In this document: positions 33,985 through 43,208 of the stretch, piece by piece
Layout: every line of letters starts with the position of its first letter
Position numbering within the stretch: position 1 is the first letter of the stretch
Assembly (NCBI GenBank): GCA_025354525.1
Contig: JANXMS010000480.1
Span: forward strand, 3,590 to 67,589
From: Acidobacteriota bacterium
GTDB taxonomy: Bacteria > Acidobacteriota > Terriglobia > Bryobacterales > Bryobacteraceae
Direction of reading: 5' to 3'
Length of the DNA stretch: 64,000 nucleotides
Made by a program: the position numbers and the translations under genes
The notes under the pieces: model-generated
The model's input: the letters and a program-made list of their open reading frames with translations, nothing else
The model's database searches: none
Told to the model about the DNA's origin: nothing

Positions 33985-35856
33985 ATGCACAAACTCGGCA
34001 TGGCTTCACTCATCCTTGGCCTCACCGGGAGCGCCTTCGCCCAGCGCGGCACCACCCTCTACACAACCGCCTGCGCCGGCTGCCACGGCTCTGATCTAAC
34101 CAACGGCACAGCGCCCCCCCTCGCCGGCGCCGCCTTCCTCCACAAATGGAGCGCCTCGCCCCCCGCCGCCCTCCTCGCCGCCGTCCGCCAAATGCCCCCC
34201 CGCGCCGCGGGCACCCTTCCCGCCGAAACCTACACCGAAATCACCGCCTTCCTCCTCGAAAAAAACAACCTCTCCTCCACGCTCACCTCTAAACCCGCTG
34301 CCCTCCCGCCCCCCGATTTCATCTCCGGTGCCCCCGCCCCCACTGGCCTCGGCCCCACCCAAGCCGAACTCACCGCCGCCTACTCCTCCAAGAAAGACTG
34401 GCTCTATCACACCCACGACTACTCCGGTGCCCGCTACGTTCAATCCTCCCAAATCACCCCCGCCAACGCCCCCCAACTCCGCGTCTCCTGCGCCTTCCAA
34501 CTCGGCGAACAAAGCAACTTCCAAACCGGCCCCCTCGTCTACAACGGCCGTATGATCCTCACCGGCGTCCGCTCCACCGCCGTCATCGACGCCCAAACCT
34601 GCGCCCTCCTCTGGAAACACGAATGGGCCCCCAAAGCCAAAGAAAGCTGGCTCAACAACCGCGGAGCCGCCATCAAAGACGGCTACCTCATCCGCGGCAC
34701 CTCCGACGGCTATCTCCTCGCCTTGAATCTCGACTCCGGCAAATTGCTCTGGGCCCGCCGCGCCGCCGACACCTCCATCGGCGAAGCCTTCACCATGGCC
34801 CCGTTGATCTTCGAAGACAAAATTCTCATCGGACCAGCCGGCGGTGAAAACGGTATCGCCGGCTGGGTCGGCGCCTTCCGCCTCTCCGACGGCCAACCCC
34901 TCTGGCGCTTCCGCACCGTCACGCCCGAACGCTGGCTCAACCCCAAAAACATCAAGCTCGGCGGCGGTGCCGTCTGGACCCCCTTCTCCCTCGACCCCGA
35001 AAAAGCCGAACTCTTCATCGCCGTAACCAACCCCGCACCCGACCTCCCCTCCCACCTCCGCCCCGGCGACAACCTCTATACCAACTCCATCGTCGCCCTC
35101 GACGCCCGCACCGGTGCCCTCCGCTGGCACAAGCAAATGGTCTCCAACGACTCCCACGACTGGGATCTTACGCAAGTCAGCCCCCTGTTCCAAGGCAACG
35201 TCGGCGGCCGCGATGTCAGCCTGGTCGCCACCGTCGGCAAAGACGGCATGCTTCGCACGCTAGACCGCGAAACCAAAAAGCCCCTCTACGAAACCCCCAT
35301 CACGACCATCGAAAATCATACCGCCCCAGTCACCACCAAACCCACCCACGCCTGCCCCGGCATCTTCGGCGGAGTCCAATGGAACGGCCCCGCGTACAAC
35401 CCCAACACCCGCATGTTGTACACCCCCGCCGTCGACTGGTGCGCCACGTTCACCGCCAGCCCCGATGAAGCCATCACCCTCGCCCCCGGTGGCATGTACC
35501 TCGGTGGCACCGCCCGCCCCGACGCCCAAAAGCAAGGCTGGATCTCCGCCGTCGACGCCGTTTCCGGAGAGCCCCGCTGGAAGTACAAGTCCCCCCAACC
35601 GGTCGTCGCCGCCGTCACCACCACCGCCGGAGGCGTCGTCTTCGCCGGAGAACTCACCGGCCACTTCCTCGCTCTCGACGCCCAGACCGGCCAAGTCCTC
35701 CACCGCTTCCAAACCGGCGGACCCATCGGCGGCGGCGTCATCTCCTACGAAATCGCTGGCAAACAACACGTCGCCGTCATGTCCGGCCGCCCCTCCGCCT
35801 TCTGGTGGGGAGGCCACGCCGGCTCCCCCACCGTCTTCATCTTCACGCTTCCCTGA
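33985..35856 (+). CDS. PQQ-dependent dehydrogenase (8-bladed beta-propeller) with an N-terminal cytochrome c module
   Basis: Signal peptide MHKLGMASLILGLTGSAFAQ, heme motif CAGCHG, and PQQ-propeller repeats (ALDARTGALRWHKQMVSNDSHDWD, LALDAQTGQVLHRF). Confidence 0.85.
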   Translation: MHKLGMASLILGLTGSAFAQRGTTLYTTACAGCHGSDLTNGTAPPLAGAAFLHKWSASPPAALLAAVRQMPPRAAGTLPAETYTEITAFLLEKNNLSSTLTSKPAALPPPDFISGAPAPTGLGPTQAELTAAYSSKKDWLYHTHDYSGARYVQSSQITPANAPQLRVSCAFQLGEQSNFQTGPLVYNGRMILTGVRSTAVIDAQTCALLWKHEWAPKAKESWLNNRGAAIKDGYLIRGTSDGYLLALNLDSGKLLWARRAADTSIGEAFTMAPLIFEDKILIGPAGGENGIAGWVGAFRLSDGQPLWRFRTVTPERWLNPKNIKLGGGAVWTPFSLDPEKAELFIAVTNPAPDLPSHLRPGDNLYTNSIVALDARTGALRWHKQMVSNDSHDWDLTQVSPLFQGNVGGRDVSLVATVGKDGMLRTLDRETKKPLYETPITTIENHTAPVTTKPTHACPGIFGGVQWNGPAYNPNTRMLYTPAVDWCATFTASPDEAITLAPGGMYLGGTARPDAQKQGWISAVDAVSGEPRWKYKSPQPVVAAVTTTAGGVVFAGELTGHFLALDAQTGQVLHRFQTGGPIGGGVISYEIAGKQHVAVMSGRPSAFWWGGHAGSPTVFIFTLP

Positions 35857-35899
35857 AGCTTCTTCCGAGACCCTTCCATCGCAAAGCCCCCGATTCGCT

Positions 35900-36558
35900 C
35901 TAGCAAGGACCAAGCGAGATTCGCGACCTCGGGGCCTTGAGCCGTTCAATTCTGAGTCGCACCACTGAGGGGCCAGACGCTCTGTCCAGCGCGAGCAGAC
36001 AGTGGAAGTCCGCGCCGAGTGCGACCGCAGCTGGGAGTTCGAATTGTCACCCATCAGGCAGTCTGGGAGGACGCTCTTCGAAGCGCCAACTGCGATGTCA
36101 GCGCATTCGCTCACGACCTTGCGATGGAGGTCTTCGGCAGTTACGACAGTCGGCTCCGATCGAGCCGCTGCAACGATTATAGCAAGTCTTGACTTAACAG
36201 AGGGTAAATCCGCGACGTATGAAGAGATCCGGAGCAATGTCGGGAGAGAGGAAAGGGGGAGAGAGCCTCGGCGAGATCGACGACAAGCGCATGCATTGAC
36301 GGGGCCCTGAGCTGGGACAAACGTAGTTTGCAGTCCGCCCAATACGGGGCCGGTAGTTCGGGTTTCCAGAACGCCTCCATTTAGGCGGGTATCGCTCTAG
36401 CCAGCTCCGTGAACCATCTCGATACAGGTGAAACAGGCGGCGGGTGGCGCGGGGGCGGTCTAGGCGGGGAGCATGGCGTCCAGGTAAGGCAGGGCCGAGC
36501 TGGTGCCGAGGCCTTGAAGAACGGTGCGGCGCGGGAGGTGCCGTTGGGTGAGGAACAT
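35900..36558 (-). pseudogene. DUF1552-family gene remnant (nonsense codons, frameshifts, 3' truncation)
   Basis: ATG 36558: MFLTQRHLPRRTVLQGLGTSSALPYLDAMLPA-TAG(36460-36462)-TAPAPPAACFTCIEMVHGAG-TAG. This matches the DUF1552 N-terminus pattern (..RRTfLrGlG..aLP.LdaM.P; ..IEMVHGAAG, from memory). Only about 650 nt remain before the PQQ gene. The lower boundary is approximate. Confidence 0.5.
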
Positions 36559-36567
36559 CGCCGCCTC

Positions 36568-37695
36568 CTATCGTATCTCGATCAATTCTGCGCGGAACTG
36601 TTCGAGGGCTTCCGGGACTACTCGCACGCCGAGACCCGGAGTCCGCGGAATGGTGATCGAGCCGTCGGGGCCGAGACGGAAGCCGGTTTCGACGACCGCA
36701 TCGCGGAAGGGGCTTTCGGTTTGATCGAACTCGAAAGTGGCCGGGCAGGCTTCCAGGGCGGGGGTTAACGGGGGAACGGTGGCCATCCATTGTAAGATTG
36801 CGGCGGTCCGAACCGCGGTGCCCCAGTTGTGCGGAACGAGTTGCAGATGGTTCAGCCAGCAGAGCGGGGTGATCCTGCGGGCACCCGTCAGGCCGATGAG
36901 TTCGACTTCGGGCTGGAGGATATCGACGAGCCGCGGCTGGATGTAGTCGCGGATGAGAGCGTCGGCGAGGAGCGTTTCGCCGCCGGCGAGTGGGATGCGG
37001 AGTTGGCCGTGGAGCCGGGCGTAGCCGGAGAGGTCGCTCGCCATGATCGGCTCTTCCCACCAGAGCAGATTGAACTCTTCGAGGCGGCGACCGAGGGCGA
37101 TCGCGTCTCCGACGCTGTACGCGCAGTTGGCGTCGACGGCCAGACCCATGTCCGGGCCGATCGCTTCGCGGACGGCGCGGACGAGGCGGATATCGGTTTC
37201 CGGGGTGTAGCCGATTTTCATTTTCACGGTGCGGAAGCCTTGCTGCTTCCAGGAGAGAGCTTCCTCGCAGAGGCCGGCGGCGAGGTCCGGCCAATCCTTG
37301 CGGTACATTGCGGTGCAGTAGGGCCGCACAGTGGTTCGGTGCTGCTTGCCGAGGAGTTGCGAAACAGGCAGGCCAACGGCTTGGCCGACGACGTCCCACA
37401 GGGCCGTATCGAGGCCGCCGCAGCGAGAGGCTCCGGGCCGTTCCTGGTGACCAGGTCGGCGGCGCAAGTCTTCGTAGATGGCTTCGACTTCGAAGGGGGA
37501 GCGACCGATGACGAGTTCGGGGTTGGCTTAGAGAAGGTCTTCAGCGGCGGTGCCGTCGCCCCAGCCGGTGATGCCGGAGTCGGTGCGGACTTCGACGAGG
37601 GTGGCGGTACGGACGGAGGTCCAGTTGAGGGACCAGCCGAAGCGCTCGCGCAGGGGGGCGGAGAGCTTGTGAATGTGGACGCTGGCGATGCGCAT
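36568..37695 (-). pseudogene. Enolase-superfamily (mandelate racemase/muconate lactonizing enzyme family) gene with an in-frame TAA at codon 56
   Basis: ATG 37695: MRIASVHIHKLSAPLRERFGWSLNWTSVRTATLVEVRTDSGITGWGDGTAAEDLL-TAA(37528-37530)-ANPELVIGRSPFEVEAIYEDL.., continuing in frame into track ORF 36568..37467 (GLDTALWDVVGQAVGLPVSQLLG, KMKIG, AVDAN, WWEEP). 1128 nt = 376 codons. Confidence 0.75.
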
Positions 37696-37714
37696 GGCTG
37701 TCGTTATCGTATCG

Positions 37715-39847
37715 TTAGCGGCGGAGGAGGACGAGGACGCCCGTGGCGAGCAAGCCGAGGAGGAAAAGCGCCGCGCCGAGGTAGACGCTGCCGGGGCGGA
37801 AGCGGAACTCGACTTGATGGGTGCCGGTGGGGACGACGACTCCGCGGATGGCTCCGTAGGCTTCCCAGATTGGCGCGGGGCGGCCGTCGACGGTGGCTTG
37901 CCAACCGGGGTAGTAGGAGTCGGCCAGGATCACCATGCCGGTGCAGCGCATTGCGGCGGCGAGGCGGACGCGGTCCGGGTTTCGGCTCATCAGCTTCACG
38001 TCGTCGCCGTCGCAGGTCTCGAGGGCCGGGGCGTCGCCGAGCAGGACGGCTTGGCGGTGGAAATCGATGGGCTGCACTTGGATGCGGTCGCGGAGGTCGG
38101 GGCCGTCCGAAGCCCGGATGATTTCGTGGACGCTCCAGGCACGGGGCATGGGGTCAGGATTAGCGAAGACCTTCACTCCGCTTCGGCCTTCGAAGAGCGA
38201 GACTTGACCGGCGCGGGCGGGTTGCTTGCCGAGATAGTGGGTGACCGCGAAAAGAGACTGCGAACGGTCGGTATGCAGTTCGGCGCGGAGGAGATTCACG
38301 GGGGCACCGGCGACGTAGCCTTGGATGGCGTCGACGCCATGATAGTCGCCGTAGTTGATGGGAACATCATCTTCTTTGACGGCGATGCGGACGGGGGAGA
38401 CGCGTTCGGCGGCACGGAGGAAGTCGGCGATATCCTTGTTTTCTTCGAGACGTTTGAGGAAGCGGTTCTGGTCGTCTCGATAGCGAGAGGAATACGTTGC
38501 GGTCGTGACGCCGTGGAGTTCGGTGAGAGCTACTGTGATCCAGACAGCCGCCAGGGCGGTGGGGGTTAGCTTCGCGGATAGAGAGGCGGCTAGGGCTAGA
38601 GCGAGGAAGCCGGAGAGGAGCAGGCGGTCGTCGAGGGCGGGGTGGCCGATGGCCCAGCCGGTGATGAGAATGCCTACGAGAAGGAGACCTCGCTGGAGGA
38701 GGGGCGGGAAGGGACGAGAACGGAGTTCATCCCAGCCGTAAGCGGCGAGGAGGCAGAGGCCGAGGTTGAATAAATGCAGAGCGCGGACGGGGACGCGGGC
38801 CTTGCCGAGGCCGGGGAGGAGCGAGTACAGCGTGCCGTGGAAAGGGGTGGCCGCGCCAAGGGCGAAGAGGAGCGAGACGGCGGTGGCGACGGCGATCCAG
38901 CGGACGCGGGGCGTTTGGTTAGCGGTCGATAAACCGACGAGCGCGAGGGCAACGATAGCGAGGCCGAGGAAGGGGGCGCAGTCGGCGTAGCGGTCGGCGC
39001 TGGGGAGGAAAGTGGTTAGAAGGCCGCGGGCAGGAAGGGAGTAGACGGTGGCGATGGTGTAGGGGATTCTATCGTCCCAGCCGACGGGCTCGGCGGTGCC
39101 GACCCACCGCTGGGAGAGGCGGCCGAATTCGACGGTGGGCAGCACTTGGAGGGCGGCGACGAGGCCGGCGATCAGAACGGCTATGAACGCGAGCGGGAGG
39201 GCGGCTCTGCGATGCCAGATGGCGATGGCCCAGATGGTCAGGAAGAGAAACGAGACGAGAAGGGGGATTTCGTGATGGCCGCTGAGCCAGGCGAGGCCGA
39301 GGAAGAGACCGGCGCAGGCGGCGCTGGCGTAGGGGCGGCGGCCTTCGAGGGCACGTGAAAGGTAGAGCAGGACGAGGGGCGTGAAGATGGCTCCGGCGGC
39401 GACGTCGAGCCAGGCGACAGTGCCGAGGAAGCCGCCGCAGCCGAAGCCGATGGCGGCGAGGAGGGCACCGGTTCGGCTGAGGCCCCAATCGCGGCAGAGG
39501 GCGTAGCAGGCGAGGGCGGCGAGGGCGTGGAGGAGGACCCAGTAGCCGTTGAGATAGGCGTATTGGAGGTAGCCGTGGTCGAGGGGGAGGAGGAGGAAGA
39601 GGAAGGTTAGGGGGAAGAGGGGGCCGGGTTGGGTCTGGCCGATGAGCGATTGGCCGGCCCAGATAGAGGGGTCCCAAAGGGGGAAGTGGCCGAGGTGGAA
39701 TTCGCGGGCCTGGAACTGGAGGCGAGGAATTTCGAGGTAACACATGTCTGGATGATCGAACCAGACAAATTCGTTCGTCAGGGTGAGCTTCCAGAAGAAG
39801 ACGAGGACGAGAAGGAAGAGCCCTGCGGGGACCAGTTTGTTTTTCAT
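37715..39847 (-). CDS. YfhO-family polytopic membrane protein (putative glycosyl/lipid-linked transferase)
   Basis: 710 aa, more than 12 TM helices plus a C-terminal soluble domain. N-terminus FWKLTLTNEFVWFDHPDMCYLEIPRLQFQAREFHLGHFPLWDPSIWAGQSL is YfhO-like. Confidence 0.7.
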   Translation of the reverse strand: MKNKLVPAGLFLLVLVFFWKLTLTNEFVWFDHPDMCYLEIPRLQFQAREFHLGHFPLWDPSIWAGQSLIGQTQPGPLFPLTFLFLLLPLDHGYLQYAYLNGYWVLLHALAALACYALCRDWGLSRTGALLAAIGFGCGGFLGTVAWLDVAAGAIFTPLVLLYLSRALEGRRPYASAACAGLFLGLAWLSGHHEIPLLVSFLFLTIWAIAIWHRRAALPLAFIAVLIAGLVAALQVLPTVEFGRLSQRWVGTAEPVGWDDRIPYTIATVYSLPARGLLTTFLPSADRYADCAPFLGLAIVALALVGLSTANQTPRVRWIAVATAVSLLFALGAATPFHGTLYSLLPGLGKARVPVRALHLFNLGLCLLAAYGWDELRSRPFPPLLQRGLLLVGILITGWAIGHPALDDRLLLSGFLALALAASLSAKLTPTALAAVWITVALTELHGVTTATYSSRYRDDQNRFLKRLEENKDIADFLRAAERVSPVRIAVKEDDVPINYGDYHGVDAIQGYVAGAPVNLLRAELHTDRSQSLFAVTHYLGKQPARAGQVSLFEGRSGVKVFANPDPMPRAWSVHEIIRASDGPDLRDRIQVQPIDFHRQAVLLGDAPALETCDGDDVKLMSRNPDRVRLAAAMRCTGMVILADSYYPGWQATVDGRPAPIWEAYGAIRGVVVPTGTHQVEFRFRPGSVYLGAALFLLGLLATGVLVLLRR

Positions 39848-39938
39848 CCTAGCGGGAGCAGGTCGTTGTAACCGCGACGAATACCAAAGTCAGGACGGGA
39901 GGCTGCATGAAGTTTTATTTTACGCGAAGGTAATTCTG

Positions 39939-40661
39939 ATGAGTCGAACGATTTTTCACATTTGGGGGCTGTTTGCGGTGGCCCATGCGGGTTGGGCCGG
40001 ACAGATTTTGGCGACCATTGATTTTTCGAGTTCGTTTTCGACGGCAGCGCCGGGTGTGACCTTTACCGCGGCGACGCCGAGCATGAGCACGTTGACCGAT
40101 ATGGGCGCGTCGCTGGGACCGAGTATCACTTTTAACACCTTCACGGCGACAGCCACAGATTTGTCTACCACGATCGGGGGCGGGGGGCAGATGAACGTTC
40201 AGGTGGGGGCGGGCTCATCAGTGACAGGCCTGAAGACGGAGGCGTGGTCGGGCGCGGTTCGCGTCAGCAATTCGGGAGCGAGTTCGGTCACGTATTCGCG
40301 CAATCAGAGCTTGCTGTATGCCGTGGAGACGTCGGGAATGGGTATGGAGTCCGTATCAATGTTTGCCTATATTGAACGAATTAACGTCGGTACCGGCACT
40401 TGGCAGATCATCGGGGCCACTTCGTTTGGGATCGGCGACGACGGGACAAACGCCGCGTGCTCGCCGGCTTGTACGGGTTCGTCCAGCTACAACATTGCGG
40501 CCCAGAGCTTTGCTGATCTGCGGCTGCATACGCAGTTGGCGGGGCAGTTAAGCCAGGCAGCGAGCGTTGGCGGCACAGTGCCGGAGCCGACGTCGATAGC
40601 CTGTGTGGCGACGGGGCTGGGGATGGTTTTGTTGCTGGGCCGTCGTCGCCGGGGCAAGTGA
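39939..40661 (+). CDS. PEP-CTERM sorting-domain secreted protein
   Basis: Signal peptide MSRTIFHIWGLFAVAHAGWAGQ and the C-terminal sorting motif VPEPTSIACVATGLGMVLLLGRRRRGK. Confidence 0.8.
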   Translation: MSRTIFHIWGLFAVAHAGWAGQILATIDFSSSFSTAAPGVTFTAATPSMSTLTDMGASLGPSITFNTFTATATDLSTTIGGGGQMNVQVGAGSSVTGLKTEAWSGAVRVSNSGASSVTYSRNQSLLYAVETSGMGMESVSMFAYIERINVGTGTWQIIGATSFGIGDDGTNAACSPACTGSSSYNIAAQSFADLRLHTQLAGQLSQAASVGGTVPEPTSIACVATGLGMVLLLGRRRRGK

Positions 40662-40879
40662 AAAGATGGCAAAACTACTTGGTCGGATGTTCGTGTTGAG
40701 CGGGTCGTAATTGAATAGCGGTCCCCCTCTCAATCGAGTGGATGGTTTCCGTAGCGCCCTCCGAGCCTGTAGCCTGATTTCGAGCGACCCTCCGCAGCAC
40801 AAATCCCCAAAACGCTAGGAAATCGGGCAGGGGCTACTGATTTGGAAAATGAGTACGGCTCTGACGGAGTGTTGAGTGT

Positions 40880-41529
40880 ATGCGATTGTTTGGACGGTTA
40901 GGCCTTCTAGGTGTCGGGAGGCTGACGGCGCAGAGCGACCCATTGCTCGGACGGATGAACGAGAGGCGACGATCGCGGCGATTCGGGATCGGGCGGGGGC
41001 GGAGCAGCGGAAGCAAGCGGTGAGGGCGAAGTTGCTCGCGATCTTGGGCGGGCTTCCGGACTATGCGGGGCCGTTGCTGGCGGCGACGCTGTAAGTGGTG
41101 GTGGAGGAGAAGCGATTGCCGGTGCCGTTGTTTGTGCAACGGAGCCAGTCGACGGGCGACCGCTTTTGGGCAACTGGTTGGCGAATAAGCGGGCGGACTT
41201 GGTGAGTCGGAACTTGGCGGCGATGCGGGCGCATGACATCGTGCGGGAGGGGGGATTTATTGGCCAGTCGGCGGGAGGTGGACCCAGAAGCGATCCGTGG
41301 TTATGAACGCGGGGTGAAGGGGTATTGGCTGGGGATGGCGGCGGCGGTGGATCCGCGGTTGACGCGGATTTGGGTGGATCGGATGCCGTGGAGTTTGCTG
41401 GACGCGTTCGAGGCACCGATGACGAATAGCCTGTTCGAGGTGATGATTCCCGGGTTTGCGCGGCATTGGGATTTCGGCGATCTGTGGCGGGCGATGCGGA
41501 CGGACTCTGGTTCCGCGATCGGGTGGTGA
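40880..41529 (+). pseudogene. Alpha/beta-hydrolase (acetylxylan esterase/dienelactone hydrolase-like) ghost gene
   Basis: The pieces sit in different frames: MRLFGRLGLLGVGRLTAQSDPLLGRMNE; EATIAAIRDRAGAEQRKQAVRAKLLAILGGLPDYAGPLLAATL*; LAAMRAHDIVR..; LLASRREVDPEAIRGYERGVKGYWLGMAAAVDPRLTRIWVD. The nucleophile-elbow position reads GYERGVKG, so the G-x-S-x-G motif is lost. Confidence 0.4.
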
Positions 41530-41612
41530 GGGAGGGAGCGAGAGCGTTGGTGGAGGAGTTTTTACGTTGACCTTTTTCGGAATTTGAAAGGGGAGAGCTT
41601 ACACTGAACAGC

Positions 41613-43208
41613 ATGAGGCTCGTACTGATTGGATTGTGGACGGCTGCGCTATGGGCGCAGGCCGAGATCTCTGGCGCGCGGATTCGCGAGCACGTGAAGT
41701 TCCTGGCGAGCGACTTGCTTGAAGGACGCGGCGTGGGAACGCGGGGAGGGGACTTGGCGACAGCCTATTTGGCGTCGCAATTGGCTTTGGCGGGCGTCGA
41801 GCCAGCCGGAGACAACGGCACGTTCTTCCAACGGGTGGACCTAGTTGGGGTGGAACCGCAGTCTTCGGCGAAACTGACCCTGGGGTCGGCCGAGTTGACG
41901 TGGGCCGTCGACTTTGTTGGGAACACGATGCAGCAGAAGAGCATGGCCGAGTTTGGAGCGGAGGCGGTGTTTGTGGGGCATGGGATTACGGCACCGGAGT
42001 TCGGCTGGGACGACTACGCCGGGGTGGACGTGAAAGGAAAAGTGGTGGTGCTGTTTACGAACGAGCCGCCTAGCGACGACCCGCAGTTTTTCGGCGGGAA
42101 GGCGCTGACCTACTACGGGCGGTGGACGTACAAGTATGAAGAGGCGGCGCGGCGGGGCGCGGTGGGCTGTCTGATTCTGCATACTTCGCCGACGGCCGGT
42201 TATGGCTGGGAGGTGGTGAGGAGTTCGTGGGGCAAGGAAGATCCGCAGGTGAAGCTGGAAGCGGGGGCGCAGGCGCTGGCGTTTGCGGGTTGGGTAACGC
42301 GGGGGGCGGCGGAGAAAGCGCTGGGCAAGAATCTGGATGAACTGTTGGCGCAAGCGAACACGAAGGGCTTTCGGGCGATGCCGCTCGGGATGGCCGTGAA
42401 GGGTGCGATTCCGACGAAATTGCGGGCGATTCGGGCAGCGAATGTGGCGGGGATTGTTCGCGGGAGCGATCCGGAGTTGCGCAAGCAGGCGGTGGTTTTT
42501 AGCGCCCACTGGGATCATCTGGGGATGGGAGCGGAGAAGGGAAGCGATGCGATTTACAACGGCGCGGTGGACAACGCGACCGGTTGCGGCATTTTGATTG
42601 AGGCGGCGCGGGCGTGGGCGGCGCTGCAACAAAGACCCAAACGGTCAGCGATTTTCCTGGCGGTGACGGCGGAGGAGAGCGGACTGCGGGGCGCGGAGTT
42701 TTACGCGGCGAAGCCGATCATCGCGGCCGGGAAGACGATGCTGAATGTGAACTTCGACTCGTTCTATCCATTCGGCGCGGTGAAGGACGTAGTGGTGATC
42801 GGAGCGGAGCGGACGAGCGTTTATCCCACCGTTGCAGCGACGGCGAAGCGGTTCAACCTGAAGATCAAGGCCGACCCGCATCCGGAACAGGGCCACTACT
42901 ACCGGTCAGACCATTTCGCGTTTGCGCGCGCGGGGGTGCCGGCGTTTTCGGTGAATATGGGTACGGAGTATTGGGGCAAAGATGAGACGTTCGGCGACAA
43001 CATCATCTACGAGTACAACGCGAAGCACTATCATCAACCGTCGGATGAGTACAAAGAAAGCTGGGACTTTGCGGGGATGGAGCAGATGGGGCGCTTCGGG
43101 TGGACGATCGGGTTGACCATCGCCAACTCCAGCGGGGTCACTACTTGGCGGGCCGGCGATGAGTTTTTGCCCGCGCGGCAGAAGAGCCTCAGCGGGCCAG
43201 CGCAGTAA
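41613..43208 (+). CDS. M28-family aminopeptidase with a PA domain
   Basis: FSAHWDHLGMG, YNGAVDNATGCGILIEAARAW, FLAVTAEESGLRGAEFY, SDHFAFARAGVPAF. Confidence 0.9.
   Translation: MRLVLIGLWTAALWAQAEISGARIREHVKFLASDLLEGRGVGTRGGDLATAYLASQLALAGVEPAGDNGTFFQRVDLVGVEPQSSAKLTLGSAELTWAVDFVGNTMQQKSMAEFGAEAVFVGHGITAPEFGWDDYAGVDVKGKVVVLFTNEPPSDDPQFFGGKALTYYGRWTYKYEEAARRGAVGCLILHTSPTAGYGWEVVRSSWGKEDPQVKLEAGAQALAFAGWVTRGAAEKALGKNLDELLAQANTKGFRAMPLGMAVKGAIPTKLRAIRAANVAGIVRGSDPELRKQAVVFSAHWDHLGMGAEKGSDAIYNGAVDNATGCGILIEAARAWAALQQRPKRSAIFLAVTAEESGLRGAEFYAAKPIIAAGKTMLNVNFDSFYPFGAVKDVVVIGAERTSVYPTVAATAKRFNLKIKADPHPEQGHYYRSDHFAFARAGVPAFSVNMGTEYWGKDETFGDNIIYEYNAKHYHQPSDEYKESWDFAGMEQMGRFGWTIGLTIANSSGVTTWRAGDEFLPARQKSLSGPAQ

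Noticed and set aside
36194-37399. A 401-aa Arg/Pro-rich ORF on the minus strand spanning the enolase-superfamily gene and the DUF1552 remnant.
   Set aside because: It is the +1 frame of the enolase-family gene. Its composition (RRRP, PRPR runs) is not protein-like, and the true frame carries all the MR/MLE motifs.
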